Shown: positions 28,343-40,761, numbered from the whole stretch's first letter. The stretch is 62,871 nucleotides of DNA, filler included, from Pirum gemmata (GCA_002812295.1; 23 parts of 23 records of this genome joined end to end with filler, not necessarily neighbours in it); one strand, 5' to 3'. A program made the numbers and translations. The notes: a model not told the origin generated them from the letters alone.

Positions 28343-29259
28343 TGTTTAAATTCAAAAAAAAAATTTTTTCGACCACAATGTTGATACTAAAAAAAATACA
28401 TCTTTATAAAAAAATGTGTTCAATTGGATTAGGTGGATTTTTTATTGGCATTATTTGTGGGGAGATACTGGAAAACATAATCGAATCAAACAGTTCGATC
28501 CTAATTATTAAATAGTGACAATTTTGAAATGACATTCTTTTTTTTTTCGAGTTTCAAGTTTTTTCTATGAAATTTCTGAGAATTTTTAAGTCATCAAAAG
28601 TGAGTCAATACTTCAAATTAGATCGAAAAGTTTCGAACTTTCGAACTAGTCTTGATTCGATGGTTTTTCCATACCCATAAGAGTATATAACAATAAAATA
28701 ACAATAGTACTAACAATTACAGTTATAAAAACAGTAACACTAGCCGTAAAAATAACGCTTATATTAGAATAATAATAATCAACAACAACAACAACAACAA
28801 CAACAGTAATAACAGCNAAAAAAAAAAAAAAAATTCTCATGAGTAAAATCGAAAAAAAAAAGTTGCCAAAAACCCTGTAAGAATTTTTTAATGAAATTAA
28901 AAGTGATTCAATACTTAAAATTAAATCGAAAAATTTTGAAAGTTTCGAACTAGTCTCGATTCGATGGTTTTTCCTGCATCTCCTGGGTAACAAAAGGAAA
29001 AACTAGTAATAAGAATAATTAAAACTGGGTGGAAACGAACCCCACCCCCTTCCTCCTGCGCACGAACACACCACCAACTAACCAAAACTATATGTTTAAA
29101 TAAAAGATCAACCAAGTATTCCTGGCAGGGTTGCGAAAATTACTATTATTATTATTATTNNNNNNNNNNNNNNNNNNNNNNNNNNNNNNNNNNNNNNNNN
29201 NNNTTAATTAATTAANNNNNNNNNNNNNNNNNNNNNNNNNNNNNNNNNNNNNNNNNNNN

Positions 29260-29918
29260 TTGTTGTTGTTGTTGTTGCTGTTGTTGTTGCTGTTGCAATA
29301 AATACCAATTATCAGTTAGAGAGGGGTACGTTAAAGCCTGGGTATCCAAGGCGTAGATTGATGGGTCATAAACTACAGCTCTTATATTATTTTGCGATTG
29401 TTGTCGTTGTAAATTTTGTTCAGCTATAAGGTGAAATTCTTGTTGCCTTTGTTGTTGTACCAGTAATATATTATTCAATTTCTCTCTCTCTCCTCTCTCC
29501 TTCTCTCTTTGTAAGTCTAATTCTTGTTTTTGATGTTGTTGTTGTTGTTGTTGCTGTTGGAAAAATGTATTATTATAACTACCATAATAATTCAAAGAGT
29601 TAATAGGTTCAGAGTACCTTCGTGGTTGGGAGTAATACTGGGAATAGGAATATTGTTGCTGTTGTTCTTGTGAGAGTTGTTGAGTATGGCTACTAGGATG
29701 AATGTTTTCAGACCGATCATGTTGGTGGGCAGTATGGGCTTGATAATATTGGTTTTGGTCAAAAACAGGTTGGTTATGGTAATGTGCTTGTGCTTGTACT
29801 TGTGCCCGTGCTTGTGTTTGTGTTTGTACGACTTGACTAGGTGTTTGGGGTGCTTGAGTTAACACTGGTGATTGAAGAGACTGAGATTGGAGCTGTAGTT
29901 GTAATTGTTGTAGTTGCT

Positions 29919-29949
<31 letters not shown>

Positions 29950-30835
29950 TTGCTGTTGGTGTTGTTGGTGTTGTTGGTGTTGTTGTTGGTGTTGTTGGTG
30001 TTGGTGTTGGTTTGTTACTTGTTCTTGTTGATATGTTTGGTATTGTTCTGGTGAAGATTGTGGTGGTGGTAGTTGCTGTGATTGTGAGTGAGGTGGAGCT
30101 GATGATGGTGGTGGTGGCTGTGGTTGTGGTTGTGGTTGAAATTCAAACTGTTGGGCTGGCTGGGATTGTTTACGTTGAGTAAATTGTTGTTGTTGTTGCT
30201 GTTGTTGGGTGATTGATGGTATTGGGTATTGAGTATTATCGTATGATAATTGCCGTGAAGGTGCTCTTGTTGAAAAATCAAGAGACGTTCTACGATATTC
30301 AGAGCTTTCGTCTGAAGTAGAAGGAGGGGGGGCGGTTGATGTGGAGCTGTAAAAGCCTGGATGAGTGCGAGGAGAGTGTTGAACTTGTTGACTTTGTAAT
30401 TGTTGTTGTAGTAATAACTGCTGTTGTTGTTGATCAAGGTAGTATTGTTGGTGGTATATATTGTTGGACTCGGGCTTCCGTTCTTGAGAGGCTACATTTA
30501 TGTAAGCGCCTAATAATAAAGAAATTTTAAAGTTTTATTTTTCAGTGAATAAACCTATTATCTAACTTTATAAAGGGATTATGGGTATTCTTATTGTTTC
30601 ATTGATTAAAAAATAAAGAAATTTTAAATTTTTATTCTCAGTGAATACACCTATTATCTAACTTTATTAAGGAATTATGTGTATTCTTATTGTTTCATTG
30701 ATTAAAAAAATAATTATAAAAAATTAAAAAAAAAAGTGAACCTGGGAAAGAGCCTGATCGTGGCCTAGCCACTGACGTCACATCAAAGGAAAGTCTTTGT
30801 GGGGGCTGCTGTGGGGTTTGAGGCTGCTGCTGCAT
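29260..30835 (-). CDS. Gln-rich disordered protein (exons 30835-30742 and 30509-gap)
   Basis: MQQQPQTPQQPPQRLSFD...GSFP/G/AYINVASQ... joins in frame at a GT-AG intron (30741-30510). The second exon is ~1.25 kb and stop-free. Confidence 0.75.
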
Positions 30836-31084
30836 TGTGTATATTTATTTTCCTAGTTTGTTAGGGTTAAGATTACGATTTAGAGTTAGGGTTAGGGTTA
30901 GGGTATAGGAGGGCATAGGGTTAGGGTTAGGATATATATAAAGATATGGAAAATATTGTTGGTGGTGGTGGTGGTGGTGGTGGTGGGTGTCGGTGTTCGG
31001 TGTTCGATGTTCGGTGTTCGGTGTTCGGTGTTCGGTGTTCGGTGTTCGGTGTTCGGTGTTCGGTGTTCGGTGTTCGGTGTTCGN

Positions 31085-33205
31085 TTGCTGTGGTTGTGGT
31101 TGTGGTTGTGGTTGTGGTTGTGATTGTGATTGTGGTTGTGGTTGTGGTTGTGGTTGTGGTTGTGGTTGATCATTCTTTTTGTCATATTTTATGAGTTTTT
31201 CGATTAGCTGTTGTTTGGTTCCTGAAACAGTGAGACCAAAACCACGACATTTTTCTTTTAATTCTTTTTTGGTTTTAACAAGATATTTAAATGTTTTATC
31301 ATCATTTTTTTCGTTATTTGATGTTCTACTATCTACTTCCATCATACCTTGTTGGAGTTGGGGTTGGAATTGTAATGTTAGTTGTGTGTGTTGGAATTGG
31401 CCTTGAAGTTGTGCTTGTGGTTGTGCCTGGAATTGCTGTTCCTGTTCTTTTTGAACTTGTTCTTGTTCTTGTTCTTGTTCTTGTTCTTGTTCTATTTCTT
31501 GTTCTATTTCTTGTTCTATTTCTTGTTGTTCTATTTCTTGTTCTTGTTCTATTTCTTGTTCTTGTTCTTGTTCTTGTTGTTCTGCTAACTTTTGTGCTTT
31601 GAGATCATCAGGCAAGTCATTTATATCTAAATCATATTTTAGACGCCGTTTCAACAACTCCATGCTCCCAGTTTTAGATTTACCAAAATGCGAGCAAATA
31701 CTTTGTACAACTTTCTTTTCCTGTAAAAATCCCCCAATTGTCACACGGACTTTATTCAACTTTAACTGCCAGTACCATTTGGCGTAGATTAACCGATCTT
31801 CTAAAATTTCAACACACCCTTTCTTGTCCACATCTAACGCGTCCAATTGCTTTTTTAACTCTTGATGTCGTTCTCTTAATTCTTTGTTGTACACTGTAGA
31901 TTTCGAAATGCTCGTTTGGCGTGTGCTCTCTTTAGGGTTATTATTATCTTTATTTGAAGTAACAGTGGTATTTTTTGTTGTTGGCGTTGGCGTTGGCGTT
32001 GGCGTTGGCGTTGTTGTTGTTAGCGTAGTTGTTGTTGGCGTTGGCGTTGTTGGTGTTGGCGTTGTTAGCGTTGTTGGCGTTGGCGTTGGCGTTGCTGGTG
32101 TTGTTGGCGTTGTTGTTGTTGTTGGTGCTGGTGGTGCTGGTGGTGCTGGTGGTGCTGGTGGTGCTGGTGGTGCTGGTGGTGCTGACGGCGTTGCTGTTGT
32201 AAGAGTGGTGGTGTTTGGAAAAGTTGGGCGTAGTGATGATTTTGAAGTTGCTCTTGTCCCGGGAGTGGCGGTGAATGGAGAAGTCGGGGTTGGTGATGGG
32301 GATGGCGATGGGGTTGGTGTGGTTTTAGGTGCGGTTCTTAATGCTGTTGTTGTTATTGTTGTTATGGTGGTGGTAGCTGTTGTTCGTTTTGGTGTGACCG
32401 GGTTTGTGCTGTTGGTTGTTATTTCTAATGATTTTTTTAATCGTTTTGATCGAAGAAAACCTTTCGATTCTTTTCCGCTGATTTCACTATCATTACGTTT
32501 TGCTTTTTTACCCTTTTCATTTTCATTTTCATTTTCATTTTCATTTTCATTTTTGTTTTCGCTTTCATTTTCATTTTCATTTTCGTTTTCATTTTCGGTT
32601 TCGGTTTTGTTTTTGTTTTTGTTTTTGTTTTTGTTCTCTTCCGAGTCTTGCTTTTGCTTTTGCTTTTGCTTTTCTTTCAGGTTTTGTTTTTGTTTTTGCT
32701 TTTGGTTTGGTTTTGGTTTTGGTTTTGGTTTTGGTTTGACCAAATTTATGCCACTCTCTTTGGTTTTGGTTTTGGTTTTGGTTTTGGTTTTGGAACTTTT
32801 CTTTGCTTCCTCTTTTTTCTTCTCTGCTGTCTTTTCCGTTTCTTTTTGTTTTTGACTTAATAGTTTTTTACTTTTTTGTAGAGGTTCTTGTTTTTGTTCT
32901 TGTTCTTGTTCTTGTTCTTGTTCTTGCTCTAGTTCTTGTTCTAGTTCTTGTTCTTGTTCTTTTTCTTGTTCTTGTTCTTGTTCTTGTTCTTTTTGTTCTT
33001 TTTGTTCTTGTTCTTCTTGTTTTTCTTGTTCTTCTTGTTCTTCTTGTTCTTCTTGTTCTTCTTGTTCTTCTTGTTCGGTGTGTGTCGATGGTTGATGATT
33101 TTGTTTTCGGTTTTTCGGCTTTGCGACCACAAAATCGTTCATTTGTTTTCGCAGTAAGGCTTCTCCACTCTCACCTGATTCTTGTTGCTGTTGTTGTTTT
33201 TGTTC
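31085..33205 (-). CDS. Low-complexity protein with two SAP-like DNA-binding motifs (large exon)
   Basis: KTKKELKEKCRGFGLTVSGTKQQLIEKL is a clear SAP motif and KVVQSICSHFGKSKTGSMELLKRRL a weaker one. In-frame acceptor near 33206; sequence beyond the N at 31084 is unreliable. Confidence 0.75.
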
Positions 33206-33589
33206 CTATTATATAAATATAATATTAATTTCTATTGTTAATTGTTTATCTGTTTATCTGTTTATTACTTTTACTTTGTGTGTGTGTTTGTTTGTTTGCT
33301 TGTTTGTTTGTTTGTTTGTTTGTTTGTTTGTTTGTTTGTTTGTTTGTTTGTTTGTTTGTTTGTTTGTTTGTTTATTGTTTACATTGTTTACATTGTTTAT
33401 TGTTTATTGTTTATTATTTATTGTTTATTGTTTATTGTTTATTGTTTATTGTTNNNNNNNNNNNNNNNNNNNNNNNNNNNNNNNNNNNNNNNNNNNNTTA
33501 ATTAATTAANNNNNNNNNNNNNNNNNNNNNNNNNNNNNNNNNNNNNNNNNNNNAATAATAACAATAATAACAATAACAAAAATAACTAT

Positions 33590-33899
33590 TATTACCAAAA
33601 GTGTTTGCCTTGGTTGTTCCTTCAAACCATTATCATGTTTAAAGTCACTAATGGGTAAAAAAAAAAAAAAAAAAAAATCTAGTCATTGGTGTTCCACCAT
33701 TAGAGTAATATGGTGCGTGTTTCCATTTATGATCACAATTAGTACAATCAACACCCCATTCCATACGTACTTCAAAGTCATCACAAGTCATAATTTTAGT
33801 TCTAGTTTCACCTTTAGAACCTGGAAATAAGTATTTTTTAGTTTAAGAGAATATTGTGTTGAAGTTGAAGAATTAATCATTGATTTTAAGAATATTCAT
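33590..33899 (-). pseudogene. Disrupted ORF with a CxxC motif, divergent from the ORF at 34227
   Basis: MNILKIND*FFNFNTIFS*TKKYLFPGSKGETRTKIMTCDDFEVRMEWGVDCTNCDHKWKHAPYY...; two in-frame TAA. Confidence 0.45.
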
Positions 33900-33981
33900 A
33901 TTTATTTTTTAATAATTGATAATTTATTATTATTGTAAGGTTACAAATTTGGTTTGATTTTTTTAACCAATCAATATTTTG

Positions 33982-34052
33982 AGGTTTGGTTTACACCTAA
34001 GGTTTGGTTTACACCTAAGGTTTGGATTACACCTAAGGTTTGGATTTAACCT
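33982..34052. repeat. 18-bp tandem repeat x~4 (AGGTTTGGTTTACACCTA) between divergent ORFs
   Basis: Units start at 33982, 34000, 34018 and 34036. Confidence 0.9.
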
Positions 34053-34110
34053 CAATAGTATTTTAAAATGTATAAAAGCAAAAAAAAAATTAAAAAAAAA
34101 AAAAAAAAAA

Positions 34111-34155
<45 letters not shown>

Positions 34156-34226
34156 TAAAAAAAAAATAATAAATAATAAATATTAGTTAAATAATAAGTT
34201 GATTAAAAAACCCTACTTTTTACAAT

Positions 34227-34904
34227 ATGAGTCCACTATTCGTTAAACACCCTACCCTTATTGAAGACCTGAGATGTTTTGCCCCTGCTTACCTTATCAA
34301 TAATCTTATTGAAGAAATGGAAAATGCTGCTGATGTTATTGAAATTGATCCACCTCAACAGCAATGTAATTGGCAATATTCTAGAGGTAAAAGAAAAGAC
34401 CAAAGATGCCACAGAAAAGTAGTAGATAATAATGAGTTATGTATTAGTAACTACCATAAATATGACAAAGAAGTAAGACCTAAAGTTAAAAAGATAGACA
34501 AAGAAAACAAAATGATGAGACAAAAACATTTTCAAGACTCACCCTGTTTTAAGTTATATAGAAAGAGACAAATACAAAGACAAATAGATAGAGATAGAGA
34601 CATGGCAATCAGAAGAAATTATTTAACATTGTATAATATCCTCCAACACTATCTGGAAAAGATGGTAAAACGTGACGAACTTTTGGAAATTAGGAAAGAA
34701 AATTTTTTACAAAATTATAGACTACATTATTTAAGACAAGATGATAAATTGGATGGCCCAATGTTAAAATTCATTGACGTATCATTTGTGTTAAATAATT
34801 CAACTGAAATTATCGAAAAAATTGGTAATGGTGAAACCCCCGTGTTGAAGTATACTGTAGATAAGACAATATTTCCATTTATTTCTGTTCAAGCTTCTTT
34901 ATAA
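34227..34904 (+). CDS. Intronless hypothetical protein with a C-x6-GKRKxxxC...C..H motif
   Basis: 225-aa ORF with normal complexity in very AT-rich DNA. Confidence 0.65.
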   Translation: MSPLFVKHPTLIEDLRCFAPAYLINNLIEEMENAADVIEIDPPQQQCNWQYSRGKRKDQRCHRKVVDNNELCISNYHKYDKEVRPKVKKIDKENKMMRQKHFQDSPCFKLYRKRQIQRQIDRDRDMAIRRNYLTLYNILQHYLEKMVKRDELLEIRKENFLQNYRLHYLRQDDKLDGPMLKFIDVSFVLNNSTEIIEKIGNGETPVLKYTVDKTIFPFISVQASL

Positions 34905-34951
34905 AAATAAATAAAAATTTTTTTTCTTATTATATAATATTATATTATCCA

Positions 34952-35176
34952 GGGAGGTGCAGGAAAACATAATCGAATCAAACAACTCGATCCTAATTAT
35001 TAAATAGTGACAATTTTGAAATGATATTCTTTTTTTTTCTCAAGTTTCAAGTTTTCTATGAATTTTCCAAGAATCTTTGATAATTTTTTAATGAAATTCA
35101 AAAGTGAGTCAATACTTTTGAAATTATATCGAAAAATTTCGAAACTATCGAACTAGTCTCGATTCGATTGTTTTCC
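34952..35176 (+). mobile_element. MITE family E
   Basis: Matches 28082-28312. Confidence 0.8.
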
Positions 35177-35291
35177 CCGCATCTCCAAGGTCAATTTGGT
35201 TACTTAATTAAATATATTGGCCGCTTTATATTGGTTAATAATAATTGTAAAACATTAAAATCTATTATTCATATTAATACGTATGTATTAT

Positions 35292-35454
35292 CGTGCCTTT
35301 CATTTATTTTGTCACTCCTAATATTTATTTGGAGGGTTATAATCTTTAAATTGACATTTTTAAATCAATAAATAGATAATAAAATATACCAAATTAAAAT
35401 AAATGTATTTATATTGTATTAATATTTTATGATGACAAAACACTGAAAAGCACT
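35292..35454 (-). mobile_element. MITE family A
   Basis: Both TIRs present. Confidence 0.8.
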
Positions 35455-35896
35455 ATAATATCTCAATATATATATGGCCAAGGACCGAAAGACCCACATC
35501 TGGTTCTATATACATATATGAATATCTCGAAAACCAAAAGTGCTATGACGACAAAAGTGGGTTGTTGGCATAGCTCTTGATCTCTACTTTCTCACTTGTG
35601 AGTTTGAAAAAAATCGAACAAGCGAAAGCAGACAATAATGATTAAACAAGTTATAACTACCCTAACCCTAACCCTAACCCTAACCCTTTTTGAATTGTAT
35701 TTTAATTTATACTTTGATATGATTATACATTTTAGTTAATTAATGATTGTACATAAAATAATAAGTATGAATTATATTAATTTTTATAATATTTAATATA
35801 TTACTTTAGAATTTTCGAAATGCCCGATTTGAGTTTTTTTGCCACATACTCGTGAGAACTATTATTATTATTGTTATTGTTATTGTTATTATTATC

Positions 35897-35929
<33 letters not shown>

Positions 35930-36029
35930 NNNNNNNNNNNNNNNNNNNNNNNNNNNNNNNNNNNNNNNNNNNNTTAATTAATTAANNNNNNNNNNNNNNN
36001 NNNNNNNNNNNNNNNNNNNNNNNNNNNNN

Positions 36030-36495
36030 GTTAGGGTTAGGGTTAGGGTTAGGGTTAAGGCTAGCTAGGGTTAGGGTTAATTAGGGTTAGGGTTAGGGTT
36101 AAGGCTAGCTAGGGTTAGGGTTAATTAGGGTCTAGCTAGCTAGGGCCCAGGAGTGTCCAGGGTTAGGGCTAGGGTTAGGTTTAATTAGGGTCTAGGGTCC
36201 AGGGTTAGGGCTAGCTAGGGTTAGGGTTAGGGTTAATTAGAGTCTAGGGTTAGGGCTAGGGTTAGGGCCAGGGTTAGGGTTAGGGTTAGGGTTAGGATTA
36301 GGGTTAGGGTCAGGGTTATATTTTTCACATAAATTTCAAGTGTCTATATACATAACTAATTAGGGCTAGGGTAAGGGTTAGGATTATAATTAGGGTCAGG
36401 GTAGGGTCAACGTTGAATTTGGGTTAGAGTTAGGGTACATCTAGAGGGTTAAGGATAAGGTTATTTAGGGTTATTAGAGTCTAGCTATAGGGTTA
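36030..36495 (+). repeat. Degenerate TTAGGG array
   Basis: Mixture of TTAGGG, CTAGGG, TCAGGG and CCAGGG. Confidence 0.9.
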
Positions 36496-36979
36496 TTGTT
36501 ATTAATATTAATATTGTTATAATATTGTTACTGTTACTGTTGGGGTTTTTAAATAGGGGCTAGGATCTAGGGTCCATCTATAGTCCTAGAGTTATATTGT
36601 TATTGTTATTATATTATATATTGTTATTGTTATTAATATATAATATTGTTATTGTTATTGTTGTTGTTATTGTTACACGTTATTGTTATTATTATTATTA
36701 TTGTTATTCATGTTATCGTTATTGTACATGTTATTATTATTGTTATTGTATTATACATGCATATGTTATTGTTATCGTTATTGTTATAATATTGTTATTA
36801 ATTGTTAACGTTATTGTTATTGTTAGGGTTAGGGTTAGGGTTAGGGTTAGGATTAGGGTTAGGGTTAGAGTTATAATTAGGATTAGGATTAGGATTAGGG
36901 TTAACGTTGGCATACGACCTAAACAAATGGGGTTCTAACTAAACCATGTCTTTATCCAATATATTAATATATATTATAT

Positions 36980-37159
36980 TGTGCTTTTCATTTACTTTGT
37001 CACCCTGAATATTTATTTGGTGGGTTATAGCATTTAAATTGACATGTATAAATTAATATATAGATAATAAAACATACCAAATTAAATTAAATGGATTTAT
37101 ATTGTATTAATCTGGTACTTTTTATTGTATATTTTATGATGACAAAACAACTGAAAAGC
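36980..37159 (-). mobile_element. MITE family A
   Basis: Reverse-complement copy. Confidence 0.8.
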
Positions 37160-37236
37160 TGAATGGCCCTATAAAAAAGAAATATCATTGGCATTTGATA
37201 GACTAAGACCAAAGATAATTATTACTAGTAAATTTA

Positions 37237-37475
37237 AGTAGGGGTGAGATGACGTCATTTTATTATTACCGAACAGCTGCCGGAACTTTTCCGTTTTTTA
37301 TGGTTTTTATTACTATTAATNTGATGTTAATATTATTACTTTAATTGGTATCTACTATAATTAGTTATACTATTTTAAACTATTTAACTGCTATTATTAG
37401 TAAGGAACACGGAACTAAGGTTGGCTCGATAAGCATCTGTTCGAAAAAAGTTCCAGTAGATATCTCACCCCTACT
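37237..37475. mobile_element. MITE family C
   Basis: Perfect 8-bp TSD TAAATTTA. Confidence 0.92.
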
Positions 37476-37564
37476 TAAATTTACTACTACTAAAATATCT
37501 GACTCTAGCTAGTGCTAGCTAGCTACTACTGACCCCGACTAGCTAGCTAGCTAGAGCTCTAGCT

Positions 37565-37791
37565 AGGCTTCTCCCAATTCTGCTCTTTTTTAAAAATCGA
37601 GTTTTCAAGCCTATTGATTAATTAAATAAGTTCGAAATTTTGAGCTTACAATTAAGTATTCAAATATATTTATTTATTTACAAACCTGAAAAAAATGGGA
37701 AAAATAATTTTCAAACAGAGCTGAATTTTGGCTTTTTTTTTTTGACAGCGGAAATTCGAGTTTCCGGGCTAGACCAGAATTGGGAGAGGCT
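37565..37791 (-). mobile_element. MITE family D
   Basis: AGGCTTCTCCCAATTCTG...CAGAATTGGGAGAGGCT. Confidence 0.85.
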
Positions 37792-38635
37792 ACTACTATG
37801 CATAGACTAGCTAGCTAGCTAGCCCAGGGCTTAATTAATTAACCCCGACTAGCTAGACTAGGTAGTCAGATTTGCTCGATCATTTATAATATTATTATAA
37901 TAATATCATATTTTATATAAAGCCACAATTGCACTAATTGTAATTTGTAATATCTGATATCATAGTAAAAAATTGACATGAACATGATGAAATAGTTTCT
38001 TTTAAAAAAGTTGCAGATAAATATTTTTTGGCAGTTTTTTGGGGGGATAGAGAGTTCGGATTCGGGTTATTTAAGGTCAGTCATTTTTAAAGTAATAATT
38101 ATTAGGTCCGAAAAAATATTTTTTTCTCTCTGTTTTACGAATTTGTTCAGCTTTTTTTTTTTCTCTATCATACCTAGCTAGCTAGAATAGCTCCTAGCTA
38201 GAGAATAGACTAGCTAGCTAGCTGGGTTGTCCTACTACTAGCTAGAGCTAGCTAGAGCTAGCTAGCTAGAGAGATTTTTTTTTTTTTTTTTTTTTTTTGG
38301 GAGCCACTAGCTAGCCAAAAGCAAAAAAACAAGAAGCTATCATAGCCTAGTTAGCCCAAAAATTATCATATTATTTTTTTTATTTTATGCATATAAAANN
38401 NNNNNNNNNNNNNNNNNNNNNNNNNNNNNNNNNNNNNNNNNNTTAATTAATTAANNNNNNNNNNNNNNNNNNNNNNNNNNNNNNNNNNNNNNNNNNNNAA
38501 TAATAATAATAATAATAATAAAATAAACTATCATATAAATCCATTTTTATTATATTCTTATTGTTATTATTATGAAACCAAATTTTGTAATCAGCATTTT
38601 TTAATACCATTTATATTTTATATCACTTTAATTTT

Positions 38636-38696
<61 letters not shown>

Positions 38697-39621
38697 TAAA
38701 CTTAAGAGTAAAATATGTAAAAACCACTAGATATCTACAAATGTATTGTAATCATTTTTAATACCATTTACATTTTGTTTGAAACACTTTAATTTTTATA
38801 ATAATAATAATAATAATACTAATAATACTAATAAAATAAATTACTAGATTTCTGTTTATTATACCATTTGTATTTTATATCACTTTAATTTTTATAATAA
38901 TAATAATAATAATAATAGTAATAATAATAATAATAATAGTATACACTTGAGAGTGAAATATGTAAAACCACTAGATATTTACAAATTCATTGTAACCATT
39001 TTTAGTTATTGGATAACCTAAAAACTTAAAAGAGTAAAAAATATAAAAACCTCTACTGGTAGATTTCTACTTGGATATCATACAAATTTATAATTTGATA
39101 ACTAACTATTAAAAGTGTTTGGAACCCATTTTTAGATATTGGATTGCCTAAAAACCTCTACTTGTAGTTTTCTACTTGAATATTATACAAATTTATATAA
39201 TTTAGCTGATATACATAATTATGTATAGACCCACCGCCATTTATCTAAGCAACCCGAAACACAAGTAAAAGTTTTACTTAGGGGAGGGTGTAGACCGGCC
39301 CAACGCCATGCTACAAAATTGGTATGGTATCGTTGGAAACCTCATGAAAACTAAATATATTTTGAAGTTTAGAAAAAGTTTTATTTCCTGATCGGTAGCA
39401 TTATAATGATAATTTGCTACATTTTATTACATAAAATGATTATACACCTATAGGAATTTTTAAGAAAAAGGACTTTTTAAAAAATAAAAAGGTAAATTTT
39501 ATGGTACTGCCTCTATTCTGGGCTCCCTCGCCCATGACTTGACCTTGGAAAATCTCCTCGCAACCACCACTATAAGTTGCCATATAAAGAAACTGTGGTG
39601 TCTTTTTTTTCCAGTTTTTCC

Positions 39622-39663
<42 letters not shown>

Positions 39664-40494
39664 AGCTTGTAGACTACTTACCAACCAATGGAATGGCAAT
39701 TTTGCCCTCCTCTCAAAAGTGGATCAAAGTCAAGGTCTCAACTTTGTCAAAGAGAACACCAGTTTGCTACTTTACTACATTTCTAGAGTACTTACTATCT
39801 ATTGAAATTATGTAATTACACAATAAAAAATCAATTTAGAATCACAGACCATTATTTTTAGGAATATTAATGTGAATAAAGGAAAAGGAGAACTAGACTT
39901 TTACAGCTACCTGAATAAATAATCTTGTTATTTGTTCTTTTGTTACTTTTTTTCGAGTATCATATCAATCCAAAAGGAATCTCTAAATAGTCTATGGGAT
40001 AAAAAAAAAAAAAAAATTATAAATGTGTTTTTCCGCAATAACTGATCAAAACTTTATTAATTATGTTATAGCGAAAATTTCTTCTAGCGCCCTGAATTAT
40101 ATTGCAATGTTTTTTGGAACCACCATCATGGAAGACTGAAAAAAATAGGAGTTTCAAATAATTTCTACCACTTTTCCCTATGCTGAAAACGGTAAAAAAA
40201 AACAACAAAAGTGACGTAGTCCAAGGCACTCTCATCCCACTTCTTTTTTCTTCTTTTTTCCTAACAACATACAAAAATGGACAGAAAATAGATGAAAAAG
40301 AGTTGAAAAAGGCACATAAAAGTTATGTCAGTCTAAATTGGTAGGATATGAAAAGTATCACTTTTTAGTACACTATTTTGTACTAACTCTACTACAACTC
40401 AAAAATCACTATAGGAGTACCAGAATGTATGATAGTTTCGTACAAGCTTTCGAATGGCGCCCCATTTCGTCCTCTCGGTATACACCTTGATTTT

Positions 40495-40559
40495 AGGGAA
40501 AGTTGCCTTTGGGTAAGGGAAAGTTGCCTTTGGGTAAGGGAAAGTTGCTTTTGGGTAAT
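40495..40559. repeat. 21-bp tandem repeat x3 (AGGGAAAGTTGCCTTTGGGTA)
   Basis: Read directly from the sequence. Confidence 0.9.
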
Positions 40560-40689
40560 CCTTGGGGCACTATTTTGAAAAGGTGGGGCCACCTATACTA
40601 TATAATACTAAAAGTACTTAGGGGTATACAGTATACTAGAGAGCTAGTACTAAAAGTGTTTGGGTGTGAAGGGTTTGTTTATTAACGAA

Positions 40690-40761
40690 TGAGAAGTAAG
40701 GGATTCGAACCCCTGACCTTGTGGACTGGAATCACATGCGCTACCCCTGCGCCAACTCCTC
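40690..40761 (-). tRNA. trnW: tRNA-Trp(CCA)
   Basis: GAGGAGT TG GCGC AGGGGTA GCGC A TGTGA TTCCAGT CCACA AGGTC AGGGG TTCGAAT CCCTT ACTTCTC A; 72-nt cloverleaf. Confidence 0.92.

Noticed and set aside
30845..31084. TEHRTPN repeats as the C-terminus of the SAP protein
   Set aside because: A (GGTGTTC)n heptamer microsatellite after a single-N join; probably non-coding or misjoined.
33840..33899. In-frame TAA/TAG in several ORFs as evidence for a UAR=Gln code or RIP-like mutation
   Set aside because: PRMT1 ends with TAA at the conserved position and the Gln tracts use CAA/CAG. The stops occur only in decayed sequence and are too few to show a mutational bias.
39499..40274. Short ORF fragments with higher GC
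   Set aside because: Multiple stops and no recognisable family.
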